Source: a virus
Lineage: Duplodnaviria > Caudoviricetes
DNA: 25,425 nucleotides
Reading direction: 5' to 3' (one strand)
Virus record (IMG/VR): IMGVR_UViG_3300005942_000013
Coordinates: 1-25,425 of that record
Made by a program: the position numbers and the translations under genes. Shown here piece after piece: positions 16,511-25,425 of the stretch (its first letter is position 1; every line of letters starts with the position of its first letter). The notes beneath the pieces were generated by a model. The model was not told the origin of the DNA and did not search any database. It worked only from the letters and a program-made list of their open reading frames with translations.

Positions 16511-19500
16511 ATGCTACATACCGATACGCTAGACTACACGCTCTCTGCGGTGCTAGCCCCTCCTAAAGAGGAGCAGGGGACTTTCCAGACTGCTGGGAAT
16601 CTCATAGCCGCAACTGGTGTGGATATCCTGAACACCATGGTACGCTCCGTTACCTTCGGGGCATACGAGGATACCACAGAGGATTGGCTCCAGAGCATGG
16701 GGGCTGACGAAGTACTCAGCACCTACTACGATCATAAGGAGGGTATCCAGACTGCCAGCCTTATAGGGGGCGCTCTTGTCCCCGGCATTGCAGCTATCAA
16801 GGCTGTGAACTACGCACGTAACGGCATGAAGGGGGCCAACTGGTTCTCTACTGCCGGACGTACTGAGAACCTAGCGGGGGCTGAGAAGCTATTCGCTAAC
16901 GGCTTTGCTGAGACTACTCAGTACAAGGCAGCACGTAATCTAGTCTACCGCAACGCTATAGCTAACGGGATGGTGGATAACGTAGCTGCTGAGTTCGCGA
17001 TGATCGCTACCATGTCTGCCCATCCTATGATGGAAGACTACATGGAGAACCCTATCAGTAGTATTGGCTTCAGCCTTGCTATTGGTGGAGTCCTGTCCTC
17101 TGGTATCGACACCATCGTGGCGCGTAAGGCGCTAACTACTATGGAAGGCACCGTGGTAGGGCAAGCCAACAAGCAGGTGTTCGATAACGTAGCGGTGGAG
17201 CTGGCTAACCAAGGTGCTTCCATTACCAACTACCTAGTGCACTCTAGTAGTATCGTGCGCTTGGAGGGTATCCTAAAGACCAACGACTTGAACGCGGTCA
17301 CTCGGGAGAACGCTGCCTCTATGGTCGAGAAGCTCAAGGCTGAGCGGCAGACCATGCTAGGCGAGGCAGTCACAGACTCAGAGCTAATGAAGAATACGGA
17401 GCTGCTGGATAAGATCCTCACTAACCCAGGGGTGGTCGGCGCCGAGAGCATGAAGTACTATAAGCCTCTCAAGGTGTCAGCTGTAGGCCAGACTGTTAAC
17501 CGGTTCGTAGACGGTATCCTGGATGCAGCGGGTAAGCCTAGACTGAAAGACCGTGGCAAGAACAAAGCTCCTAAGGTATTGGGGGCTGTCTTCGACTCTA
17601 AGCGTAACGCGTTCGTAGACCTAGAGTCTGCTGAGATACTGACAGGGGCCGCTGACTTTACCACTCCTGAGAAGCTACTGGAGGCGGGTACTAAAGCATC
17701 TAAGACTATGCACGCTCTCCGTCCTGGCTATATGGAGAACATGCTAAGCGCATCCCCTGGGGATCAGGAGAAAGACTTCCTGACTCGGGTGATAGGCTAT
17801 AGCAAGATGGATAGCAAGAAGCTAGGGATGCAGCTTATCGACGAGGAGGACTATGCTAGTCAGGTAGCACTCGTCATGGCTATGGACGAACGCCGCGCCC
17901 TGCTGAAGACGCAGGCTGGGGTGGGTACTCCAGAGGAGGGACTACGCGCTGCGCTTGAGCTAGAGGAGCTGGACAAGGCTGTTATCCGTGTCTATGAAGG
18001 CGGAGATCTGTCCCATACCCTGACTAAAGGGTACATGGCAGAGCACTCTATTCCAGCTAACATGATACCGCAGCTGCACGAGATAACTGCTGACATATCA
18101 GCGGGTACGCACTCTAGCATCAAGCGTATCCAGTTCGAGTCTGAGATGCCACAGAGCTTTGCTAGACTAGCGAGTAAGTGGGAAGCTGGGTCAGCTTCAG
18201 CTATCATCTCCATAGACCCCGTCACCTTGCAGGAAGTAGCTGTGGGTACTGCAGGCTCTTCTACTATCCATGCCTTCGAGTATGTACGTCGCCAGCTAGA
18301 CGCAGCCCTGCGCCCAGGAGGCAGTAACGCGCTAGTCAAGAGGGCTGACTGGGTAGACCCTATGCTGAAGGGGGATCATGGTAAGAAGCTACGTGCTGCG
18401 CTGAAGGAGAAGGCTGACGACAATGGTAACATCTTCCTGTACCGTGGCCTGTCTGTACCTAAGACCAATGGGCACTCGGCGCTGGAGTCCTACACTACCA
18501 GCTACGCGGCAGCTAGGAACCTAGGCAAATACGTGGAAGCCTACCAGATACATGTGGATGATGTAGTAGCCTATATTGGAGGGCTGCCTGTGTCAGGAGT
18601 AGACCCCTCTGGCCGTAACATCAAGTCTGAGTTCGAGGTGCTAGTCAAGACCGCTAGCCGGACTACGCTGAAGGATCTTACCCAGCGGGCTGCTAAGGTG
18701 AACCAAGAGACTGGGGACTTCTTACTGCCTGGGGTACGGGAGACTACACTGGACGAGCTATCTGCTAGCCTGCCTGCTATGATGGCAGAGCGCGTGCGTA
18801 GCTTGCTCATTAAGAACAACAAGGCTACTGGCAACAAGCTGAACATAGAGGAGATCGCTACTCGTACTGGTCTGACTGAGAAGGGTGTTATGTCAGCCCT
18901 AACTATGCGAGGGTCTAACCCTAAGCTGGAGTTCACTATCCAGTCTATGATGGATGGGGAGACTAACCTAGCTTCCGCAGCACAGAAGATGGCAGACCCT
19001 AGCCGCCGACTGGTACAGCTAACACCTCAGCAGAGCCTGACGAACTATGCTAAGTTCGCTAGCAACGTGAAGTCTAAGGCGGACAAGGAGACGCTGGATA
19101 CCTTCAACGACGAGTACGTAAGGCACGAGCTGTCCATTAGCCAGTCTACTATCTCTAAGGAGGTGGAGGCTCTGGGCGCTAAGATAGAACTAGCTGTCGT
19201 GGAGGAGGCAGCCGGTATGATAAACAGCAACATGCTGCAAGGGCGCTTCTTCAAGTCGGCTGACTTCTACATGCGGAAGCTGGGGGAGGTAGGTCAGATA
19301 GCTACGCACATGGCTAACAAGGTTACTAACTACGGCAACCAGATTACCAAGCAACACATCCTACCACTGCGTGATCTAGCAGCAGCAGTCACTCGTAACA
19401 GAGCGGACACTGTACTAGCTAACACAGCCTATGAAGTGTACAAGACTCTGGATAGCCGCAAGGGTAAGATCCGCTTCAACCATGATGAGGGTACGTTCCA

Positions 19501-22057
19501 GCAGTGGAACAAGAAGGCTGAGGTGGAAGGCTCGGATAAGCTAGGGGCTTGGGAAGACGCCAAGTGGCAGGGTAAGGAGTTCGTAATCCCTGAGAGTGCT
19601 AAGGATGTACGGGACTTGTTCCAAGGCTTTGGCGATGTAGCCGATAAGATCTACCAGGCTACCAAGACTCGTAACAAGATCACTGGGCTTAAGACCAACG
19701 ACGCAGGCTACCACATTCCTAACTACGACCCCACTGGTAAGATCACGTTCTTCGTACACACCAAGCGTAATGGTGTACTGACCCGTGAGGTTATCTGGGG
19801 TAAGACTAAGGAGGAGGTATCCCGTAAGCAGTTCCTCGTAGAGCAGGCGGCTAAGGAGGGAGGCTACCACGTGGAGATCATCACCCCGCAGGATAGGAAC
19901 TATAAGAAGATACAGGCAGGCTCTGACGCTCAGGTCATGCGGGAAGCAGATGCTACTAAGCTGAAGAAGGGTAACACAGCTACCCCGTTCATCTCAGATA
20001 GCAGTGAGAGCTTAGGCGGTATTATCGAGGGGCTACAGCAGGGCTTGCTCTCTGAGGTGTCTCGTACTATGTCCCTTACTCAGCACAAGCTAACCTCCAT
20101 GCTGGATAACATGACTGCATTAGAGAGCCGCTACCTGTCTGCACAGGCGCTGGATAAGGTGGAGAAGGAGAGGCTGCAAGGGGCGCTGGCGCCTAGCGTA
20201 GTCAAGGCCATGATCCAAGGTAAGCCTGTCACTAAGGAGTTCCAAGGCTGGTCTGCTGTAGACAATGGCATGGAGTGGCTCACAGGTGAGGGGCTGAACC
20301 TAGTCAACAAGATAGTGGCTCCGCTGTCTGGGGCTAAGGGTGCTATCCTAGGCAACAAGAAAGCAGTCGAGGCTTGGGCTGAGCTAGGGGCAGAGCTGGA
20401 GAGGAAGGGCTACCCTGATCCTTGGGCAGTCTACAATGATAACGGCTTCGCGGCCTTTGAGGTGGCACGTACACTGCATCCTACTGAGAATGCGCGTCGG
20501 GCTGTGTCGGCTGCTAACGGACTGGCTGCTACCTTCGCTCTACGGTTAGCTGAACTAGGCCAGCCTTTGGTTAACGCTCTGTCCTTACCTATCATGTCCT
20601 ACTCTGCTATGGCGCACCAGTACGATGGCGTGTTCATGGGGCAGGTCAAGGGGGCGGTCAAGCCTAACCCGCTAGCTATCATGTACGATGGGATGCGGAT
20701 GCTGAACGACCCTGACTATGCAGCACTCACTGGGCGTGGTCAGCCCGACGGTGTAGGGCTATGGGCTAAGGGTGGATATGTAGACCCTATCGTGTCGGAG
20801 GCTACGGATATGATTCGTATGGCCCACCTGCGGGAGCCTGGGTTCATCCCCAAGATAGAGAAGTTCCTAGATGCAGTCGGGCCAGCTCAGCGGGATGCTA
20901 ATGGAAAGGTAATCCCAGGGCAGCGTAAGTGGGGCTGGCTAACCAGCGCGTCGGATGCCTCTGAAAAGCTAACTCGTATGGCTTCTATGGCTATGGGTAC
21001 GCAGCTAGGGGTTCGGCTCTACGGGTTTGATCTGGCTACGGAAGCAGGGCAGAAAGCCAGCATGATCTTTGCTAGTGACTTCACTAACAGAGCCATCGGT
21101 AACTACACCAGCTCGCAGCGGCCTGTCATGTTCCAGGGTACGTTCGGTGCAGCCCTTGGGTTGTTCCAGACCTACATGCTTACCTTTGCACAGAACATGT
21201 ACCGCCACCTTGAGGTCAAAGACTACAAGGCTATCGGCATTACAGCTGCGCTACAGGGTGGAGTGTTCGGTATGAACGGCCTGCCTGGGTTCGACCTGCT
21301 GTCTACGTACATAGGGGAGAACTTCTCGGATAACCATAAGGACTTACGGACGGGTACGTATGCTGCTATCCCTAACCAGACGGCAGCTAACGCAGTGCTC
21401 TATGGATTGCCCGCTAGTATCGGGGCGCTATGGGGAGAGTCTGACGGGTTCGGCATGAGTAGCCGGGGTGAGCTTAGCCCACGCTTCGTAGGTATTACGG
21501 ATGATAACCTAGCTGCGCTGTCTATGATTACTGATGCCGCGAGTGCTACATGGAGGGTGCTGGATAGTATGGCGGATAGACCAGAGAACGCGCTGGCTGC
21601 TATGGCTGAGGGGCTTACGCTCCAGAGTGTTAGCAGACCTGTAGCCCGTATGACAGAGCTTATCACTGGCACTGCGCTGAACCAAGCGGAGAACGTAGTG
21701 AACACTAGCGACGACGTATGGACACCGGCGGGTATCGCGTCTAGGATATTCGCTATGCGTAGTGCGGATGAGGTGAGGCAGAGACAAGCCCTGCACCTTA
21801 ACAGTCATTACAATGCAGTTGATTCGGAGCGTAGGCAGGTAGCTATGAACCGTATGAAGACGGCGCTACGAGAGGGGAATCTTACGGATGATGTGCTAGC
21901 GGAAGCTTCGCAGGAGTATCTCAAGACGGGTAGCCCACAAGGGTTCCGTAATGCGATGAACAATGCGATAGGAGGGATCGAGCAGGGAGTGGACTATAGC
22001 GCAGCTAAGGCTATGTCGGCAGAGTCCCCGCTCTGGCGGATGGTCAATGATATCTAG
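16511..22057 (+). CDS. Large internal virion (ejection) protein with an embedded ADP-ribosyltransferase-like domain (1848 aa)
   Basis: AAGGAG RBS and last gene of the virion module. Hydrophobic Gly/Ala segments near both ends and 'GNY....RP..FQG..G...GLFQTY' resemble large ejection proteins. Internal LYRG / SYTTS / EFEVLV motifs. Confidence 0.75.
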   Translation: MLHTDTLDYTLSAVLAPPKEEQGTFQTAGNLIAATGVDILNTMVRSVTFGAYEDTTEDWLQSMGADEVLSTYYDHKEGIQTASLIGGALVPGIAAIKAVNYARNGMKGANWFSTAGRTENLAGAEKLFANGFAETTQYKAARNLVYRNAIANGMVDNVAAEFAMIATMSAHPMMEDYMENPISSIGFSLAIGGVLSSGIDTIVARKALTTMEGTVVGQANKQVFDNVAVELANQGASITNYLVHSSSIVRLEGILKTNDLNAVTRENAASMVEKLKAERQTMLGEAVTDSELMKNTELLDKILTNPGVVGAESMKYYKPLKVSAVGQTVNRFVDGILDAAGKPRLKDRGKNKAPKVLGAVFDSKRNAFVDLESAEILTGAADFTTPEKLLEAGTKASKTMHALRPGYMENMLSASPGDQEKDFLTRVIGYSKMDSKKLGMQLIDEEDYASQVALVMAMDERRALLKTQAGVGTPEEGLRAALELEELDKAVIRVYEGGDLSHTLTKGYMAEHSIPANMIPQLHEITADISAGTHSSIKRIQFESEMPQSFARLASKWEAGSASAIISIDPVTLQEVAVGTAGSSTIHAFEYVRRQLDAALRPGGSNALVKRADWVDPMLKGDHGKKLRAALKEKADDNGNIFLYRGLSVPKTNGHSALESYTTSYAAARNLGKYVEAYQIHVDDVVAYIGGLPVSGVDPSGRNIKSEFEVLVKTASRTTLKDLTQRAAKVNQETGDFLLPGVRETTLDELSASLPAMMAERVRSLLIKNNKATGNKLNIEEIATRTGLTEKGVMSALTMRGSNPKLEFTIQSMMDGETNLASAAQKMADPSRRLVQLTPQQSLTNYAKFASNVKSKADKETLDTFNDEYVRHELSISQSTISKEVEALGAKIELAVVEEAAGMINSNMLQGRFFKSADFYMRKLGEVGQIATHMANKVTNYGNQITKQHILPLRDLAAAVTRNRADTVLANTAYEVYKTLDSRKGKIRFNHDEGTFQQWNKKAEVEGSDKLGAWEDAKWQGKEFVIPESAKDVRDLFQGFGDVADKIYQATKTRNKITGLKTNDAGYHIPNYDPTGKITFFVHTKRNGVLTREVIWGKTKEEVSRKQFLVEQAAKEGGYHVEIITPQDRNYKKIQAGSDAQVMREADATKLKKGNTATPFISDSSESLGGIIEGLQQGLLSEVSRTMSLTQHKLTSMLDNMTALESRYLSAQALDKVEKERLQGALAPSVVKAMIQGKPVTKEFQGWSAVDNGMEWLTGEGLNLVNKIVAPLSGAKGAILGNKKAVEAWAELGAELERKGYPDPWAVYNDNGFAAFEVARTLHPTENARRAVSAANGLAATFALRLAELGQPLVNALSLPIMSYSAMAHQYDGVFMGQVKGAVKPNPLAIMYDGMRMLNDPDYAALTGRGQPDGVGLWAKGGYVDPIVSEATDMIRMAHLREPGFIPKIEKFLDAVGPAQRDANGKVIPGQRKWGWLTSASDASEKLTRMASMAMGTQLGVRLYGFDLATEAGQKASMIFASDFTNRAIGNYTSSQRPVMFQGTFGAALGLFQTYMLTFAQNMYRHLEVKDYKAIGITAALQGGVFGMNGLPGFDLLSTYIGENFSDNHKDLRTGTYAAIPNQTAANAVLYGLPASIGALWGESDGFGMSSRGELSPRFVGITDDNLAALSMITDAASATWRVLDSMADRPENALAAMAEGLTLQSVSRPVARMTELITGTALNQAENVVNTSDDVWTPAGIASRIFAMRSADEVRQRQALHLNSHYNAVDSERRQVAMNRMKTALREGNLTDDVLAEASQEYLKTGSPQGFRNAMNNAIGGIEQGVDYSAAKAMSAESPLWRMVNDI

Positions 22058-22389
22058 CAACCCTTAACCTCAAGGAGATCAGGCTCCATACCAAAGAAGT
22101 CAGCATAAGCTAGTGGGATAGTCTCTGGGGCATTACTATACGTAACCTCGGAGACTGTCTTTACTACGCGTCCGTTTACCCATAGCTCCCAGTCCTTGTT
22201 CTTTCCATTGATCCGCTGTCCGTTGAATCCTTTCTCCCTAAGCTCATCCATAGTAGCGAAGTCGCTATGGTCAGGCCGTTTAAACTCCCCAGTCTCTATC
22301 TTACCAGGGTTGCCTAGCTTGTACATCAGGCGCTCATCCTTGGCCCTCCGTACTTCCTTCATAGCCAGTCCTAGTTCAAGCTGCTTCAT
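22054..22389 (-). CDS. Hypothetical protein (111 aa)
   Basis: AAGGAG RBS and ATGA overlap with the upstream gene. Last gene of the minus-strand unit. Confidence 0.75.
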   Translation of the reverse strand: MKQLELGLAMKEVRRAKDERLMYKLGNPGKIETGEFKRPDHSDFATMDELREKGFNGQRINGKNKDWELWVNGRVVKTVSEVTYSNAPETIPLAYADFFGMEPDLLEVKGC

Positions 22390-22616
22390 AGCCTTGTCTC
22401 CTTAATGTATTCCCGTACCCCACGATCAGATACCCCTGCTACCTTAGCGTTCCCTTTAGCTAAGTCTTCCTGCAAGTCCTGGTGCCTGCGTACTAGGCGC
22501 TCCTCCTCCATAGTAGCCGCCCGCTTGACCCCATCAACTACAGGGCCAGTGCATACGGACTTACGATAGGCAGTCATGTTAGCTACATACGTAGCCACTA
22601 TCTCTTGTGCGTTCAT
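22386..22616 (-). CDS. Hypothetical protein (76 aa)
   Basis: GGAGGAG RBS and ATGA overlaps on both sides. Confidence 0.7.
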   Translation of the reverse strand: MNAQEIVATYVANMTAYRKSVCTGPVVDGVKRAATMEEERLVRRHQDLQEDLAKGNAKVAGVSDRGVREYIKETRL

Positions 22617-23848
22617 ACCATCTCCTCCATAGAGAGATAATCAGGTAGCAGTAGGTTCTTACCCCACTCCTGTCTTACTACGTGTAGTGGAAGGAACCCA
22701 ATGTCCTGCCCGTTTACTTGCTTAGCCTGCACCTTCTGTGCAGAGATCATACCCTTTATAATATCTACCAGTTCAGACTGGCGGGTTAGGTCAGAGCCTA
22801 CGTTACGCCATAGCTGGTTCATAGTTATAGGCTGTGTTGCTTTCTCAAGGATTGCAAGAATGTCCTGCTGTACGGGGCTGTTTCGGCCTCTACCGTACTC
22901 ACCCAGAGCCTTGCCCATGCTGCACTCCGTGAAGTGTAAGAGGGTGTTAGCTTTGAGTAGGTGCTCTGCTGTGATGACTGTCGTAAGGTCTGCGGCAGCG
23001 AGGCATAGCGCCAGCTTGAGGAGGTGGGTCTGTCTCCTCGTAGTATAGTTTGCAAACCTGTGATCGTCAAGCGGCTCAAAGGAGGCGTACATAGCCTCGG
23101 CTGCTAGCTTAGCTTCATCAGTTAGCTCAGCCTTACCCTTCACGTGTAGCTTCATTTGCACTAGGTGCTCTCGTAGATCCTGCATAGCCTCGGGACAAGG
23201 AGGTGCTGGCCACGGTATCTTCTTCCCGCTAGGGTCAGAGTGTACGAAGATCAGTCGGCTTGTGAAGCCCTGTCCTATAGCTTCAGGTGGGAAGGCTAGG
23301 GTAAAGCCCGCCGGTGTGTTGCCGCTCAGTAGGTTGACTGTTGGCTGGTCTACCCTTACATCCTGCCCTGTTAGCTTAGGGTGGAGGTACTCTTCAGGGC
23401 AGTCCCACAGCTTGGTCAGCATGGTAAGGAACTCCATGTTACCCTGACCTACAAAGTCCGTGAACTCGTCCGCTATGATGTGCATCTCATGCCCGTCCTC
23501 TGGCACTAGGTCTAGCAGGTCGTCTATGCTACAGGAGTCTAGGCCAGGTACGTGGGTACTCATCATAGACTTGAGGAACATCTCCTTACTCATCCTGTCG
23601 GCTGCGAACCTGTCATACCCTGTTGCCTTCATTATCTTACGAGCTGCGTTGACAGCGGTAGACTTCCGTGTACCAGGGCTACCCATTAGCATGATGTACA
23701 TGTTAGGGTATAGCTCAGTGTGGCCGAAGGGGAAGCGGAACTGCCTACCCAGTAGACCACCCACGGCGGCGATAGCAGACCACCTATGGTATATCATAGG
23801 GGACTCGCTGTGGCCTATGTACTTAAAATACTTCTGGAAGTAATCCAT
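22613..23848 (-). CDS. DUF3987/YfjI-like P-loop (AAA+-type) ATPase, putative replicative helicase (411 aa)
   Basis: Walker A GSPGTRKST, Walker B IIADEF, 'LTKLWD', 'GFTSRLIFV' (candidate arginine finger) and a C-terminal winged-helix-like segment. I moved the start to ATG 23848 (MDYFQKY), after GGAG, overlapping the end of the polymerase gene. Confidence 0.75.
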   Translation of the reverse strand: MDYFQKYFKYIGHSESPMIYHRWSAIAAVGGLLGRQFRFPFGHTELYPNMYIMLMGSPGTRKSTAVNAARKIMKATGYDRFAADRMSKEMFLKSMMSTHVPGLDSCSIDDLLDLVPEDGHEMHIIADEFTDFVGQGNMEFLTMLTKLWDCPEEYLHPKLTGQDVRVDQPTVNLLSGNTPAGFTLAFPPEAIGQGFTSRLIFVHSDPSGKKIPWPAPPCPEAMQDLREHLVQMKLHVKGKAELTDEAKLAAEAMYASFEPLDDHRFANYTTRRQTHLLKLALCLAAADLTTVITAEHLLKANTLLHFTECSMGKALGEYGRGRNSPVQQDILAILEKATQPITMNQLWRNVGSDLTRQSELVDIIKGMISAQKVQAKQVNGQDIGFLPLHVVRQEWGKNLLLPDYLSMEEMV

Positions 23849-25425
23849 TCTGTAGCTCCACGCCTTCTTTCCAGCTCTTAGTGGATACTGCGAAGTCAAC
23901 CCCTATCTCCATAGTCTTGCCATGTACCAGTACCTTGCGAGTCATACACTGGCGTAGGTCAGCTAGCATTGGAGGTAGGCGTTCTATGCGCCCTTGGCTT
24001 ATGATGCTATCGTGCACCTGCCCTTTGAGGCGGAAGTCTCCACGGTACTTAGGAACCATCTTCTTGTACACGTCTAGCATAGCTGCGTTCAGTATGGATA
24101 CGCTTAGGTTCTGTGGCCTGTGCGCTACTGCGCTGCGTAAGACTGAGTGGCTGCGGTGCGGGTCGCCAAAGAAGTGGCGGGTATGGCCTAGCGGAGAGAC
24201 CAGTCGGCTAGTAGCTATTAGCTCTGCCTTGATCTGCTCGTACCATAGCCGTACCTCAGGGAAAGGATCATGGTAGCTGTTCAGCAGTAGTGTAGCGAAC
24301 TGCATCATAGTCATTTGATCTTCCCGTCCACGCTGCGGGATAGGGGTTAGCGTAATCCCCAGTATCTCTGCTCCGTAGTATAGGTTCTCCTCTCCTGCGT
24401 TCTCTATGAAGGTCTGCGCCCCCATCATGTAGTTAGTACCGTGTACGATCTTCTTTAGTACCTTGTTCCTGAAGCTAGTAGATACCTCTTCGTAAGGGAT
24501 ACTGAAGAATAGTGTGCCGAGGGTACGATAGAAGTCCCTGTCTGGGTCGGACAGCGCACGAATAAGAGAGGCGCACTGGGACAGGTAGGCGGTACACACA
24601 GCCTCAGCCTTGCTAAAGTCAGCGTCGATAATGGCAAAGCCTGCGTCTGGTACAAGCATGTACTTAGCATAGCCTGGAATGTTTTGGACTTGAGTACCGC
24701 AGTTGAAGCTGCTGGCATTACAGCTCATCCTTCCTGTCTCAGTACCGCCGGGGTTAAGGTTGTATAGCAGCCGCTCGTTACGCTGCCAGAACTTATAGTA
24801 TGTACCGATAGCCTTGCTGCTGTCCTGATACCGCTCTACCTCTGTGGTATAACGTGCGATCAGTGGGTGCTGCTGGGCTATAGCGGATAGGTTCTTCTTG
24901 TCAGTGCAGGACTTGCTCTTCCCAATGCCAGGCTTCTTAGCCCCGATCACTGTATAGAATAGCTTCTCCTTCTGCTGCCAGCTACCTGGGTTGAAGCAGG
25001 GGTCTGCCGTCATGGTCTGTAGCAGGTGGCGAGCATCCAATAGCTGATCCTCTGCCTTAGCCAGCAGGCTCTTGCGTACCTTGTTGTCTATTAGAAAGCC
25101 TTCAAAGGCTGAGTAGAGACAGGGGTATACCATGGGGAACGTGGTTCCGTAGTTAACGCTGGCGTATCGCGGCATATTCTGTAGCTGCTGTAGGGCAATG
25201 CGGGCCGTATAAAAGGTATCAAGCCCGTTGTATCGCCAGTACTGTTCGATGTTGCGGGTGCTATAAGCAGCCTTGCTGTTATACTTCCACTGCCTGTAGT
25301 CGAACAGAGTCCAGCTAGCGATGAATGCAAGGTCTTTTGGCAGCTCGCTGTACTGAGCGTGAGAGGCCAGCATAGTATCAACAACCCAGTTATTAATCCA
25401 TATCCTGTACCCACAGCTATGTAAG
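23823..25425 (-). CDS. polA: Family A DNA polymerase with 3'-5' exonuclease domain, 5'-truncated by the window edge
   Basis: The frame is open to the window end (..NWVVDTMLASH). ExoIII YNGLD, TETGRMS, QNIP, motif A DADFSKAE, motif B R....KKIVHGTNY, SPLGHTRHF and motif C QVHDS are present. Confidence 0.93.
   Translation of the reverse strand, partial: LHSCGYRIWINNWVVDTMLASHAQYSELPKDLAFIASWTLFDYRQWKYNSKAAYSTRNIEQYWRYNGLDTFYTARIALQQLQNMPRYASVNYGTTFPMVYPCLYSAFEGFLIDNKVRKSLLAKAEDQLLDARHLLQTMTADPCFNPGSWQQKEKLFYTVIGAKKPGIGKSKSCTDKKNLSAIAQQHPLIARYTTEVERYQDSSKAIGTYYKFWQRNERLLYNLNPGGTETGRMSCNASSFNCGTQVQNIPGYAKYMLVPDAGFAIIDADFSKAEAVCTAYLSQCASLIRALSDPDRDFYRTLGTLFFSIPYEEVSTSFRNKVLKKIVHGTNYMMGAQTFIENAGEENLYYGAEILGITLTPIPQRGREDQMTMMQFATLLLNSYHDPFPEVRLWYEQIKAELIATSRLVSPLGHTRHFFGDPHRSHSVLRSAVAHRPQNLSVSILNAAMLDVYKKMVPKYRGDFRLKGQVHDSIISQGRIERLPPMLADLRQCMTRKVLVHGKTMEIGVDFAVSTKSWKEGVELQNGLLPEVF

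Noticed and set aside
14601-22057. Virion RNA polymerase or lytic transglycosylase domain in the large internal proteins
   Set aside because: I found no DxDGD or T7-type RNA polymerase motifs and no convincing SLT or lysozyme motif by eye. A profile search could still reveal a divergent domain.
291-25414. Many short alternative-frame and antisense ORFs in the ORF track
   Set aside because: They lie inside longer genes that have RBSs, coupling overlaps and coherent motifs. Only the o-spanin (9343..9603) and the holin-like ORF have independent support.
1-25425. Stop-codon reassignment, suggested by the abundance of TAG trinucleotides
   Set aside because: Genes are long and intact under the standard code, and TAG is a real stop at 3272, 5746, 8504, 13613 and 22057, in four cases with the next gene starting immediately.
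23823-25425. Intein or intron in the polymerase
   Set aside because: Motif spacing is compact and continuous, with no intein splice-junction motifs or homing endonuclease signature.

Overview
This window is a 25.4-kb piece of a tailed, probably podovirus-like phage genome. The two-component spanin points to a Gram-negative host. The + strand (1-22057) is one gene-dense virion module, in this order: the 3' part of an SU10/DUF5309-type major capsid gene, a head-tail adaptor, about eight fibre/appendage genes built from shared modules, an embedded lysis cassette (membrane protein, T7-lysozyme-like amidase, holin-like protein, overlapping i-/o-spanins), a nozzle-like protein with a large stalked insertion, and three putative ejection proteins. 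The - strand (22054-25425) holds the end of a convergent replication module: a family A DNA polymerase with atypical motifs (His at the 762-equivalent, VHDS in motif C), a DUF3987-like P-loop ATPase/helicase and two small ORFs. The most notable observations are: (1) a compact R-S-ExE ADP-ribosyltransferase-like core inside the 1848-aa putative ejection protein; (2) a 323-aa protein with two matched, proline-free Ser/Thr/Asn arms of about 80 aa that could form a long beta-tube; (3) fibre genes that share N- or C-terminal modules pairwise, next to a four-unit repeat protein, suggesting a branched appendage system. All family calls come from motifs read by eye and from gene order. No database search was run.
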